Positions 1 to 14,140 of a stretch of DNA of 64,000 nt are shown here, piece after piece; within the stretch, counting starts at the first letter, position 1, and each line of letters begins with the position of its first letter. Location: positions 64,001-128,000 of IMG/VR virus record IMGVR_UViG_3300033153_009093; one strand, 5' to 3'. This DNA is from a virus. Under the pieces are notes generated by a model that was not told the DNA's origin, did no database searches, and saw only the letters and a program-made list of their open reading frames with translations. The position numbers and the translations under genes are program-made.

Positions 1-423
1 TTCATTAATAAAAATATTAATGAAATATTATTAAATAATTCTAAAGATATTTCAGAAATATATATTCAAATTTCTGAAATATCTAATAATAATATAATAA
101 ATGAAAAGTGGTTTGACGGAACAACTTATGTAAGCTCTTTTAATGAATCATTTCCTTATTCATTAAATAATGGTTTAAATGCAATAACATTTACAGATTT
201 TACAGCTAATGAAAATACTGATTATATATTAATATTTATAACAAATAATAATTGCAATTAGTCAACGTCTTTTGATTATACAGATACTGTTAAAATGAAT
301 ATGTCATATAATATTCCTATAGAATTTACATTGGCCGATATAAATTCTATTTCAGAGGTAGAGGTTATACTTCAAAACGTTGATATATTTGCTTATAAAA
401 TATAGTATATAAAAAAGGTTTAA
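1..423 (+). CDS. Partial hypothetical virion-region protein (5' end outside window)
   Basis: Frame 1 is open from base 1 to TAA 421-423 with TAG at 259 and 403. The TAA overlaps the next ATG (TAATG). Confidence 0.6.
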
Positions 424-3089
424 TGATGTTTTATCCTAATAAAATAAAAGAAGCACCGAAATCTAATATTAATGAATATTAGATAAATACTATAGAACTT
501 TTCCCGATAGATTCAATTGATAATGATTTTATAATTGATAATGATTTTATAAATCGATATTATAAAAACTGCAATAAAGTTATCAGAGTAAATGAATTAT
601 TTGATAAATATTTAAAATGTATCGGTGTAAATCAAATTACATCGGAGGAAGAATTTGAATTTTACGAAGAACTGGATAATATACCTTTAACTAAAAAATA
701 TTATTATAAATTAAATGCTATTAATAGCATTGATTCTTCATCTAATTATTATAATATCAATCTTGATATAGATATATATGATTTAATTTATAATAATTAT
801 TTAAAACATAATCTATATAGTAATGGATATTTAACTAATGATGAGTATTTAAACTCTTTAATATTAAATTCAACCATAAATTTAAATATTATATTTGATA
901 AAAATTTATTTTTCGATTATGCAGAATGTATAGCGTATGTAAACTCTTCCAAATTTGAAACAGATTTTTTAGGTCATATAAATTGTATCCTATTCAATGA
1001 TACTATTACATATAACATTATCAATGAAAATATTACTTTAAATATTATATCAGATATTTTCTTTGAAAATAAATTTATATTAAATGTTAATGATAATGAT
1101 TTTTATATAGAGGGTGAAATAGAATCGTTATTATTTGAGCTTACTAATATTATTAGTGATTCGACAATAAATAATATGGAATTAAATATATCCTATACAC
1201 CTTTTTATAAAAACTTAATGTTTTTAAAACGTTACGATGTTGATAATTTAAGTATTATATTTGATATGATTTTTTTAACTAATTTTATTCCTGTAATCCA
1301 AGGAGATGTTGAATATAATAATTTATCTTTAGGTAATGATTATTTTTTAAAATCTTATAAATATTAGAACTCTGCGAAATTATCTAATAAAAAGAATTTT
1401 GTGACCGCAAAAAATTATACACAGAATTTGTTTAATAATATTTATTAGGTAGAAACCATTGATAATAATAATGTAGGCGTTATTAATATATATTCTTTAA
1501 TAAACAATGAACCTATTATAGTTCAACGATATCCATTTTCAAATATAGAAGAAAAATTTAAAATAGCCACTGTGTTAGAACATAATATTTCTATTCATAA
1601 TGTTAATGAGTATATGGCTAATGAAAATATTTTTATTGAATATGACTATACAGGAGGTGGTAGTTTTGAAGATATCAGTATTGAAGATCAATGGGATTAT
1701 ATTGATATTGATTCTCGTAATTTAAAAATTAATACTAATACTAAATTAAACAGTTTTGAAAATAATGGAAATATAACACATACTGAAAATATTAGTGATG
1801 ATCATATTCCCTATCATGGTGATAATAATAATATTACAAATACTTACGGGAGTTTTGAAAATAATATTAAATTTATTAATAGTTGTATCAATTCAACTGA
1901 AATGCAAGGCGATTTATTAATATGTACTTTCAATGGATATACGTCTGTCTTGGATGAAGAAAGGTCAATGGCTGGGAATGTGCCATGTATAAATAATTCC
2001 AATATTTCTCAATCAATTTTAACGAAGTTAAATAATAATTCAAATGAATTCACTTTTGTTTTTCTTACAAATAAGTAGGGATTTAAAAATAATTATTTTA
2101 AAATTGGCAATTTTTAGAAAAATGTCTATGGAAAAATAATTATAATGGAAAAAGAATTAGATTCTATTAATGATATGGTATATCATGTAGATATAGATAC
2201 TTAGGATAATACAGGTTCCTATGATTCTATTTTACATATAATAAAATATAATGATGGTAATTTAAATTATACTGCTTACAATGACAGTACATTATACGCA
2301 TCATTAGATTTGACATCCGTAGATATATCCAATTGTAATATATCTTCATTTAATATTTATAACCATAAAAAAACAATAAACAATACTTCATATACTGACA
2401 GCAGTATAATTGACCCAACTTATGAAGATATAAAATATTATTGTAATACTGTAAATTTAGAAACTCCGATAGAAGGAACAAAGTATAATATAGACATTGA
2501 TCAATATAGAAAAAATTTATCAATACCTGCTGAATACGGAGTATATTCTAATTTTCCCACTGATAAGCATAGTAATTAGGATAATTTTCCTGTGATGATT
2601 TTTGAATTAACTATTCCATCTGATTGCAGTTCATGTAAAATAACATATGACAAATTTCAAGAATCAGTGTTATACTTTTATGAAGGGTCTTTTCCTGATA
2701 ATGTGGATCTAACTTATAATTTCGGAGACTTTTTTGAGTCTGAAGATTTTTCCAATTAGGAAATAATATCAGGCAGAGGAGGAGAAACGATAACTATTAT
2801 TATAAAAGATAAATATTATAGAGAATTAGATATAGATGGAAATTTTTATTTAACAATAGAATATAATGGAGTTTCATATACTGCTGAAAAAGTATTACCT
2901 TCCCCTTATGGAAAAAATAAATAGATATCAGATAAAGGTTTAGATTTACATAAAACTAAAACTGATGAATTTATGGCTGTAGGAAAATATCATATATATA
3001 ATCAATGCATTTCCGATTAGAGAATAGATAAAATAAAGCAGTGTTATGTAAATAATAAATTGTATAACACTGCTTTATTTATAGATTAA
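423..3089 (+). CDS. Hypothetical virion-region protein, 888 aa when TAG is read through
   Basis: ATG 423 follows AAGG. Track ORFs 1176, 1572 and 2310 share this frame. It has 10 in-frame TAG and no TAA/TGA until TAA 3087-3089. Confidence 0.75.
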
Positions 3090-4021
3090 ATCTGAATAGC
3101 TGATTTTATTTTATTTGATATATCTCGTTTAAAATCATAATTATTATTTATAATGGCGGTGGAAGCTTTCTTTATATCCGCCATTTCTTTTTTATAATTA
3201 ACATCATTAAGTAATTTTAATTTATCAGTTTCATTGTTAGTAGCTAATATATTACTTCTGATAACATGATCCATGTCAATCCATATAATAGGCGAATTAT
3301 ATTTTTCTTTAAAAAACAGTACTTCATTTAAAGAATATGCATAGTAATTTATTCGCTTACTATAGTCTTGTATACATTTGTAAGGTTCAATAACAGCGGA
3401 AAGATATTCGAACATGTCATATTTATTACTGAAGTCGTATATTTCGCAAATGACTTTATTATAAAATTCCACTGTCATGTTAAATAATAAATTCATATCA
3501 GGTGAATGGTTATGATTATATATAACAGTCGCCATATCATAAAAATCTTTTAATTTATTATCATTGATATGATCAAAATTCTTATTCTTTATTTGAAATA
3601 TATTTTCTAAAACATATTTAATAATATCCTTATTTACTCCCTTATATAACATTATGCTATCTTTAGCGTAATCAAATATATGTTTATTGTAATTATTATT
3701 TATAACTTGATAATCTATATAATTTTCATCTATCCAATTATAATTAGTATCAATGGGATTTATATTAAATAAATATAAAAATATTCGAGTGATAAAATCA
3801 TATTTATTTAAATTCACCGCTATGTCTAAATCTTTTCTTATCAATTTGGCGGAATAAGATTTTCCGCAATAATGATGACCGCAAAATACAATAAATGGAT
3901 GCTTTAATTTTTTAATAGCTTTTTTAACCATGCAATTTACCTTTAATAATAATAGGTTTCTAAAATTAACAAAAACAGGCCTGTTTTCAATTTTAATTTT
4001 AATGTACGCCCTACTATTCAA
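3086..4021 (-). CDS. P-loop nucleotide-kinase-like protein (dNMP kinase-like); alternative start ATG 3931
   Basis: N-terminal FIVFCGHHYCGKSYSA Walker-A-like motif after a hydrophobic strand. Ends TAA, with no in-frame TAG. Confidence 0.5.
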   Translation of the reverse strand: MNSRAYIKIKIENRPVFVNFRNLLLLKVNCMVKKAIKKLKHPFIVFCGHHYCGKSYSAKLIRKDLDIAVNLNKYDFITRIFLYLFNINPIDTNYNWIDENYIDYQVINNNYNKHIFDYAKDSIMLYKGVNKDIIKYVLENIFQIKNKNFDHINDNKLKDFYDMATVIYNHNHSPDMNLLFNMTVEFYNKVICEIYDFSNKYDMFEYLSAVIEPYKCIQDYSKRINYYAYSLNEVLFFKEKYNSPIIWIDMDHVIRSNILATNNETDKLKLLNDVNYKKEMADIKKASTAIINNNYDFKRDISNKIKSAIQI

Positions 4022-4062
4022 TTTTAATTTAGATTGAAATTTGGCCCCATATAACGATTATT

Positions 4063-5703
4063 TTAATACTGTCTACTAAATATCTTTATAGAGTATGAAT
4101 CGAAACTATTAGAGGGTACTATATTTATTCTTCCTCTACTCTAATTCAACTTAGTATTTAAAGATTCATTAGTATAAAGGTGCTCTTCATTCCAAGTACC
4201 ATCAAGAATATCCATATATTTTATTGAAAATGTTATAGCTGTCGAATCTGATAATAGGTAGACATCACTATCACTTCTTAGGGTTATGTGTTTATCTCCT
4301 GTAATATTCTCATATTCAAGGGGTATAGAAATCTGTATATTACCATCATCATCTTTATATAATTTATTGTCATTTATCAGTACAAAGGGTATAGTATTTA
4401 TATTAGGCTGAACTATATCTATATCATAATAGTTATTTATTACTGTCACTGTATTATCAGTAATATCATATATTTGTATCTCTGAATTATCAATAGAAGT
4501 CTTATCTGTCTACTGATAATTTATATCAACCGTATCAGTAACCCCGGTATTTTCAGTATTTATAATATTATTATAACTAAATTTTAGATATTCTACTAAA
4601 TAAGAATTATTATATTGACTGTTCATTATTATCGCAGATTCATTAGAAAAATTTATTTCCTAAGAATTCTTTGTTTCTAATTTAACAGTATTTTCTATAT
4701 TTATATCAGTATCAGTATATTCATATTCAATAATAAATGAACCGCCCCCTAAATCTATTGTAGTATCAGTATAATTAACTTCCGCTGTAAATAAATCTTC
4801 AGTACAATTTATATTAAATAATTTATTATTTAATAAATCCTTTTTCTAATCTTTAATAAAGAAAGAATCTTTCAATATAAATTCATCAGGATTCAACTTC
4901 TAAGGAAAATCTAGTTCTAATTTAGAGTTATTAAGTTTTATATATCCATTTTCATTATTTGTATTGATATCTATATCATCAATTTCTTTAAGTTTATGAT
5001 AGTGATAGGGTAATTTTCTATAATTATCTATATTAGTTGAATCTTCAAAAACAAAATTATTAACCGTAATTTCTATTATATTTACATTAGTCAAATCACT
5101 TAAGGTTGATTCATTATAATCATTATCTAAATATACAGTTAACTCTTTTGTTTCTATATTCCATAATAATGAATCATAGTAAATCATATATACGTAATCA
5201 TTTAATAAAACATCAACCATCTCTGTTCTTACCGGTATGCTATATGACGAATATTCTGTCAGTTTAGTATATAATGTATCTCCTTCTTCGACATTGTTCA
5301 ACTGAATGACAATAGAAGGAATTGAAGTGGAATCCTATACAGTGGTAACATCATATGTACTATTTATATCATATTGCTTAAATTCATCTTCTTGTAAATT
5401 TATTTCTTCATTAAACGATCCTGTATCAGTCTTATCAAAATTCATAAATTCATCAAAGAAAATTTCAGAAGTCAATAATGATTTTATAACATCTGGATTA
5501 TGTATATCAAGTAATTGTATTATATCAGTATTACCATCAACTACATTTACAGCGTTCGCTTCCATAAATAAATCAGCATATTCATAATCAGGTAAAGATC
5601 TCCTTATAGGGATATTAAGTTTATCCACCGCTGATAATTTATAAATATCAGCTTCATTGGACACTTCCGCATTTGTAAATAATTGATTACCTGTATGTCT
5701 CAT
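4063..5703 (-). CDS. Virion-associated protein, 546 aa with TAG read-through
   Basis: Fuses track ORFs 5335, 4900 and 4141 (same frame, each ending TAG). 6 TAG; ends TAA 4063. Confidence 0.7.
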
Positions 5704-6944
5704 ATTATCATAACCTTCCCTGTTAAATATTCACCAAATGTTATTGTGATAGTGTCAAGCATATTATAATGCGTATTCTCCGGTACTATCTGAGCACCTT
5801 CATCATCATAAACAACTATAGAAGGAATAGCATTTTCGTATTCAATAACCAATTCTTCTACATTGGTAAAATCTTCCGTTATCTTTTCTACATTAGAAGT
5901 TCCACCGCTGCCGCCTCCTGCTCCTGTATTATAAAGATATATATCCGTAGGAATGAATGTTGTTATATTATTTAATCCGATAATAAATCCATAATATGTT
6001 CTTTCTTTTCTTATATTATCCAGTGAATGATTAGATATACTGTCAATCAATAATGCATAATTTGTTTCATTTAATATAGAATCATATAACAGGTCATCAT
6101 TATCATCAATATATATTCCTAATAAAGAATACCCTACATTTAATTGAGCGGGGTCTATTATTACATTCTGGGAATTTATATATTTTAACTTTGAACCATC
6201 CTTATATAATTTGGGTTCTGTTATTATAAGCTTACTTGCACTTTCATCGTATTGTACAAAACTTTGAGCATTAACCCTATATAAATCATTTATAGTCGAT
6301 GATCTTAAAATAGAGCCATAAGTTTTTAATAATACATTTATCTCTTCATTTTGATATTTATTGTCAAATACCAAAGCATTATTTATTTTATCAAATGAAC
6401 AAAGAAATTTGTGTACTGCGGGTTCTTCTGTTACATGCACTGAATATATATCATACTCTATGTATTCATCAACATCTAAATATAAAGGCTATGTAATGTT
6501 TATATTTACTCCTATTGATTCTGAATATAACTGCACTGTTTTATCATTGTATAATTTGACATTATCATCATATTCAATTTCTTCCACTAAATTATTATTA
6601 TTATAAACTGCTATTTTATAAAGATCATCCCCTGATATATCAACATTGATAATCTTTATTTTAATTTTATTTTCTGTATTATTATCCAGTGATATAAAAT
6701 TATTATATACTGTTCTATAATTATTTATAAAGAATAAATGATTTCTACATTTTGCTATTCCTGATATTTCTATATTACTTAAAGAATATGAGATATCAGA
6801 AAATGACTTATATTTATATTGAACGTATATATCTGTCGATGTGTTTTTAATAATATCTTCAAGATGTAACACATTCTCAAAAGTAGATTTATTATAATAA
6901 TAATTCTCCACACTTTCTATTAAGTTTTCATAAAATATTCTCAT
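5700..6944 (-). CDS. Tail/fibre-associated protein, 414 aa, with a Gly-rich linker and C-terminal beta domain
   Basis: Fuses ORFs 6489 and 5700 through one TAG. GAGGGSGG linker, then PSIVVYDDEGAQI...TITITFGEYLTGKVMII, a small beta domain typical of phage virion proteins. Its TGA overlaps the next ATG (ATGA). Confidence 0.65.
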
Positions 6945-6973
6945 TTAAAATCCCGAAACGTTTTAAAAATTAA

Positions 6974-8800
6974 TTATTTCTTGTTATTAATAATATGTAC
7001 AACATCTTCCGGTAAATAATACTTATTATCTTCTGACATTATGTTATAATATTTATCAACTTCGTTTTTATTATAGACATTATTTATTTTAAGTATATCG
7101 ACATTAGTAATATTATACATATAAGTAATATTATTTTCATCATCGGTATAACTGTTTATGAAATTTTCCCTTTTAGGTTCAAATAACATAACCTTTATAA
7201 ATCCAGTATCATAATCCTAATAAGTCAAGCTTAAAGTAATATTATCAATAATCAAATCTATTTCATTATTTCCAATGTATCTATATAACTAATTGTACAT
7301 ACTATGCTGTTTATACTTTATATATATTATAGTATTAAATTTATTTATCTTTCTCCAAAATACATTGATGCTTAAAGAATCTGCCAACATATTAAATACC
7401 GATGTGATATCAGAAATATTAACCGCTGTTGTATTTATTTTTTTAGAATTAAATATCTTTGAAACTACATATTCAGTATTTAAATTTTGAGAAGTAAAAT
7501 CTGTTCTTTCGGATGCATACGTATATTGAAAATTATTTATTAATATATCCGTTGATTGGAATGTATTATAGGAAGGGTAATAAGAATTAAAAGATATCAA
7601 TTGGCTCATTAATGAAAATTTTATATCCTTTGATACATTAAAAGATTTTATATCTTTTATATCTTTTAATGTTATGCTTAATAAATTATCTCTATCATTA
7701 TATAACTCTAAAGGTATAAAATTATTATCCGTTATATAATTATCGCTTATCAATAATGACCTATCAAAATCAACATCAACATAATTAAATCCTATATTAT
7801 TTATGTTGAATAATATTTTTTCTCTTTCTTTTGAATAATACGTTTCTAATTCCGAAGAATTGTATTTTAAATAAGATCCTCTGTTTAAATAATATTCTTT
7901 ATTATCTACAAGGGAATTTATGCTATCTATATTTAATTTAAATATAAATTTACACCCCATATACCAATTAAAATAAAGATTATTATTATATATTTTAATA
8001 TTATCAGAAGATGACTAATTTTTTATATTAAAAAGAATGTGAATATCTTTATAACCATTTCTCAAATTATCTAATTCTTCTTTAAATCTATCACTGTTTA
8101 AAAGAACTGGTAAATTTTTACAAGAATGCTATATATCAGTATTATAATTATCATATTCGGTTGAAGTCATGTCGTAAAAAGTAGAAGAAATTATATTCCC
8201 TTGCGAATATTCTAAATCAATAAGATGCATTTTATAATAAAAAATATTATTACTACTATCAGTACATTTTAAAGTATATTCAGGAAAGTATTCAATGTCA
8301 ACATACCCAGTAAATTCTTCTTTTTCTATCACATCCTATAATAAATCATTATATAAAAATTTACCTTCAGTATTTAATACATAATCATAAATAATATTAT
8401 TATTAACAATATTTCTATATTTATTTATAAATATAGCTTCATTATTCTATTCAGCATTGACGTAACCTGAAATAATAAAATTAAAGTCGTCTAATTTATA
8501 TTTATAATCATCATTGCATAAATCATTGCAGTAATGTTTCATACGGTCATCATGTATTACCATACTTATTATAGCTGTAGAATCCGGTAATATTTCTATA
8601 TTATCAACATTTATAACTGTAGATGTTATATCATATATCGTTGAATCGGATAAAGAAGGCGTATTATTATTGTAATTTAATACATATGAATCCGTTGATG
8701 TTGAATCATCTATATTCGTCTGTTTATAATCGTCATTTTTTAAACTAACAAATATGGCCGATAATAGGTCATTATCGGGATAATATGTCATATTTAGCAT
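6974..8800 (-). CDS. Virion-region protein, 608 aa with TAG read-through
   Basis: Fuses ORFs 8447, 8129, 7289 and 6974 in one frame. 6 TAG; AGGT upstream of ATG 8800; ends TAA. Confidence 0.7.
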
Positions 8801-8805
8801 TTTAA

Positions 8806-9945
8806 TTATACCTAATTTATAACAAAATCAATATTTCTATATGATACATATCGTTTAGTTAATTCTTTATTATAAGGTAACATTATAAAATAGATATTTT
8901 TAGGGAAATATATTAATGCTTCTGCGCTATTATGGTCATATGCGATAGTATTTAATTGACCCCTTTCAACTGTAAAGTTTACATTAGAATTTACTTCTGT
9001 TATTTTTACAATTTCCACACCTGAAGAACTTTTAACAGTTAAATAGGAATATATATCTAAGTCTATATTAGGAGGGGAAGTAAGTTCTAATATAGTATCA
9101 CTGATAGTTAAATTACTATTCAATGCTATTGTGTCAGAGTATGTAATATCTACATTATCAGATAATGATACTAATTTATCATCGCCCTATAAATCAACAA
9201 TTTGATCATACTCATTATTAACCAATGTATATGAATCTTCTTTCCCTAATGAATCGACCATATACTAATTTTTTGTATCAAAGGTATCAATGAATTTAAA
9301 CTTGAAAGGTGATAAATCATTTATTGTTGAATCAGTGAGAATATTAGAATTTATCTGCAATTCATATTTATCATTTTTAAATAATAATAAATCATTTTTA
9401 TAATAATCTTGGTCAATGTCCCTATCAAGATGCACAGTATACGTTGTAGGGTTATCATCAACCGTTTGAATAGTATACTCTTCGTTATAATCCTTGAATA
9501 AAATAACCTTTCCAGTTTCCAAATATGCTAAATCCTTTTCGGCATTTTCAGAACTCTTATCAAATGTAATAATATCTGTTCCTGTTGATATGTTATAATC
9601 CAATAATAATGACGGCCTTTCATATAATTTAAATTCTGGATAATATAAAAAATCATACCCATCATATATTATTTGGAATCTAAATGTAGGAATTTCATCG
9701 GTGCATAATATATTTAACTAACAATCTTTATTATAACTTTTTATTTTTTTATATACAGTATCAATGTCTTTATCTTTTATCTATATCTCCGATGGAATAT
9801 CATTTTGTTCCATCGGAGGTATATTCTTATAAGAAAGTGACATATTTTCTTTACCGCCAGTATTGCAAAAAATTATATCATTAAAAGAATACTATATAGG
9901 ACTATTTATTGTATTACCTACATTTCCTTGTAAATTTACTAACAT
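8806..9945 (-). CDS. Virion-region protein, 379 aa with TAG read-through
   Basis: AAGGAAAG RBS then ATG 9945. Fuses ORFs 9265 and 8812; 6 TAG; ends TAA 8806. Confidence 0.7.
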
Positions 9946-9968
9946 ATTTCTTTCCTTTATAAAAACTA

Positions 9969-11780
9969 TTATTTAAAAACTGTTGTCCTGCAAGTAAAAG
10001 TTGTTGTATTTTTTCCTATGTCCCAATTTACTTTATCGAGTATAAATTCTCTTTCTTTAAAAAAATCTTCCAAATCATCTATTGTAGCAGTTCCTTTAAA
10101 ATTAATATTCATACTTGCTAAATGATTATTAATCATAGCAAAATTATCTGCTATTAATTGAACATCATTATCGCTATAATATACAGCATTGCTATATCCT
10201 ACTGTAGAAAATCTATCGTTACCATATCCAGAAGCTTTAATATCAGAATCTGAACCTGATGAAGCTTTTGAAATATACGTAGGTACTGTGTAAGTTTTTA
10301 AAGGAACCCCTCCCCCTATAAATTCTTTAGAATCATAATCCTGCGAAATTTCTCCTACCTTTTCAGAATGTAATATTCTATGAGAGTTTGTTTTACCTAA
10401 TGGAACCATTTTTATAGTTGACCTTTCAAATCTTTCTCTGCTTATGGATATATTGGCGATATTATTTAATATATGAAGAGAGCCGCCTTTAGCTAATATA
10501 TCTTTTAAAGGTATCATTTCCGTCCCGGATTTGGTATAATAATTTTTTGATGTTTCAAAATCTAACAAAGTTGCATTTTTTATTAATTCTTCTCTATCAA
10601 TAGTTTCTAATAATTGTATTATACTTGATAATCCTTGCTATGTCGTGGCGCCTTTTATGCATTGGTATAGTATTTTTTTATCATCAATATCAGCAACTAA
10701 ACAATCTTCCTACCTGGACTTAACTACTGATGTCTGTTTATAAAATGGTACATTGTCTACTATTTCTTTTTGATAATTATTATGAGTTCTTTCTGTATGA
10801 TTTACAGATTGTATACCATTTCCTTTATTAGCAATAAATACACGTTTAAAATTATTATTATTGCCTACGTGTGCTATTACAATAAAATCATTTAAGTTAA
10901 TATAATTTTCACCATACATATGAGTATTTGTTGTAATTTTCTTTTGCAAAGGATCGGCTCCGATATGAACATATTCATACTCTGTTTCTGTTTTTAATTT
11001 TGTTGAAAATGATTTTTCAGTATAACCACCATCTCCATTATTTTCATAATATAAATTTTGCACAGGGCCGGTATGTTTAGAAGTTATTTCTGATGTAACT
11101 TTATATGGTATTATAGATTTATTATAATAGTCTATATCGTAACCTTTTGAATCATAGGATATTCCTTCTATATACGCATCGCTGCTACCCCCATAATATA
11201 CTTCATGTTCAGATATGACATTTCCAGTTACATAGAATATTCTGTTTTGTTTCGATTTATTAGTTGTAACAGATGCTAATGTACTACATGTGCTATTCAA
11301 AATACCTGATTCCTGATCTAATGATTCCGCAATAACTTCATATTTTTTATCATACTATTTATCTTTATAAACTAAACCGAATCGTTGAGCTATAGTATTT
11401 TCTGATGTTGACGACTATAGAATACTGACAATATTAGGGGGTGTTCCTAATAAAATATTGTCTTCATTTATACTAAATTCCTTATATTTTACATTTTTAT
11501 TTAAAATAGAATATATTTGAGACGGAGGAAACTGTTTTTCGTATGAAATATAAGTAATTACTTCAGTTAATAAACTTTTTTCATCTACCTATAATTCACT
11601 TACATCGTATGTCAATTCTTCTGATGCTCGTGAAGGATATCGTTTTACCATACCCCCAAATTCTTCTTCTAAAATATCATTTGAATCAATTTCAACTAAA
11701 GGTATACCCCGGGGTTCTACGTATATATCAACCTTTTTATTTTTTTGAAGGTCATATATAATTTGTTTAAGGATTTTCAT
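9969..11780 (-). CDS. Putative baseplate hub / tail-tip protein, 603 aa
   Basis: Fuses ORFs 11589, 10710 and 9969; 5 TAG. The C-terminus ILDKVNWDIGKNTTTFTCRT resembles hub-type tail proteins (recognised by eye only). Confidence 0.55.
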
Positions 11781-12150
11781 TATTTATTTCCTATGAAATA
11801 ATTTCATGATATTCATTAGTATTATCAATGATTATTAAATCTAATTTATTAAAAGTTCTATTTAAATATTTTAAATTAAACTCTTCAATACTTAAGATAT
11901 CATTATTAATAATAATATCCCTTTTGCCTATTAAATTAGTAAATTTTACTTCTGTAAATAATTTACAATCTTCATAATATACTTCATTATTATTTGTTGC
12001 AGGTGTAAATATAGACGATAATATAACTTTTATATTATCGTCTATATTTAATTTAGCGATGTCAATAAAATTATAACTAAATATAGAATAAAAATTTATT
12101 ACATTGCCATAAAAATAAATTTTACTTGTAGTGTTATTAAAATATATCAT
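11767..12150 (-). CDS. Hypothetical protein, 127 aa
   Basis: Track ORF 11791..12150 ends TAG; reading through reaches TAA 11767. Confidence 0.55.
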
Positions 12151-12158
12151 ATTGTATT

Positions 12159-13118
12159 TTATATAAAAATTAAATATAAATTTTTATACTCTCCTGAATT
12201 AATATTATTTATAAAATCTATATCCGAAGGGAAATCGTTGATTATTATCTTGTAATTAAATTTATTATTTAACAAATTAGTTGTATTATTAATTAAATGA
12301 TTGAACCTATACATAAAATTTAAAGGAAATTTGAGTTCTGTATTTATATCAAACATTATTTTAAATGTTATTTCATATAATGAATTGGTTTCGCTAATGA
12401 ATTTATTTTTTGATGACTTTGTAACTATTTTACTTAAAATGTTATTATTAAAATTTATTGGAATCTTTATCAAAAAATTATTTAAATTCTAATTATCTTT
12501 TATAAATATATCATTATTATTTAAATCTAATGGCAGTTCATTAAAATGATTTAATAAAAATCTTTTTCTATTTTCAGTATCGGAAGATTTTAAAACCTTT
12601 TCTGATATTAAATAATTAATAATATTACTATTGTATAAATTATTTATGATGTAGTCTTTTGAATATATCATAGTTTCTTCAAAATTAAATAATTTTAATT
12701 TACCATTATGATTTATAGTTTCTTTAATTGTATTATCAAACCCGGAAGGTTTATTGATGAATATTATTATATTATCTTCTTTTATTGCAGAATTAAATGA
12801 AATAATTTGTTTTTTTATAAAAGAATTTTTATTATTAACATTACTAGAATTGTAATAATTTGTTTCAATATCCCCTGTATAATCTGGAAACAATGAAGCT
12901 TTTTCATCAAAGGTGGATAAATTATTTAATTGGCTGTAAGGTATATTATTATCTGATAATTTATTATGACAATTAAATGATATAGGATTTTCAATATTGA
13001 TTACTATATTTTGTTGCAATTTAATATCATTATCATTATCCTTTACCTATGATACATTTTCTGAAAAATTTAATAATGAATCATAATTCTCTAATATCTT
13101 CAGTGCATAATTTTTCAA
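12159..13118 (-). CDS. Hypothetical protein, about 319 aa
   Basis: Fuses ORFs 12489 and 12159; 2 TAG. Probable TTG start at 13118 after AGGT. Confidence 0.6.
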
Positions 13119-13138
13119 AACAATACCTATTAATTTAT

Positions 13139-13162
13139 AATTTATAAATTAATTTATAAATT
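13139..13162. promoter_or_regulatory. Perfect 24-bp palindrome (AATTTATAAATT twice) in a divergent intergenic gap
   Basis: AATTTATAAATTAATTTATAAATT equals its own reverse complement and lies between divergent starts at 13118 (-) and 13184 (+). Confidence 0.35.
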
Positions 13163-13183
13163 AAATATACATGGTAATAATGA

Positions 13184-14128
13184 ATGAGTATAGATAAATA
13201 TAATTTATTTATAAATAAAAGCTTTAATACTTATGATTTTTCAAATAATAAAGATATCAGCATATATAATACTGTAAACGGTAATTTTATAGAAAATACT
13301 GTATATATTATTCATAATAATAAACCTACTTCAAGTACTTCATTTATAACAATGAATGTAGACGATGTACTTGAAGTATATTTATTTCCAACAATGAATA
13401 CGAATATAACGTTTAAAGTAAACGAAATATTACATACTGTTGACAATAATTCAATTTTTATTATAACTAATCATATTGAAGAAAATAGATTTGCAATAAA
13501 GTTAGTATAGAGCAAAAATGATACTGATTATAATTTATATAATAATTTTCCATCATTATTATATAACAAATCTATTGAAGATTTATTTTATAAATTAAAT
13601 ATTAATAAAGATGCTATTGCTGAACAAAAATCCAATTATACTTCAATTTTAAATTCAGGAACAGAATTAAGTGAATTTATAAATTCCAAAATTACAATAT
13701 CTACCGATTATACTGATTCTTATACTTTAAATTTTTCTTTTTCGTCTACAGAAGATTTTTCAAGAATAGCTTCAGTGATAGATAAATTTTATTTAAATAT
13801 ATAGGTATATGATTATAATGAATTTAAATATATTTATTGTAAGGATATTATAGAATCTTCTGGAAACTATACATTATCTAATACTAATCATATTACAGGA
13901 ATATTAAAAAATTCTTATACAAAAATATTACCTCATGCATATTTTAAATTGCAACAAGGAAAAGATTATGTATATTCTGATAATATATTGAATAAATATA
14001 CTTCATATAATAAAAATTATACCGGTCAAAAAATATTGATACTATTTCAATTGTCAATTAATGATAAAAGTACAATTTATGATATATCAAATAATATAGA
14101 AAGTGATTCAATATACATCATTGCATAA
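13184..14128 (+). CDS. Hypothetical virion-region protein, 314 aa
   Basis: Track ORF 13184..13510 continues through 2 TAG to TAA 14126-14128. Confidence 0.65.
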
Positions 14129-14140
14129 GGTAATATTTTC

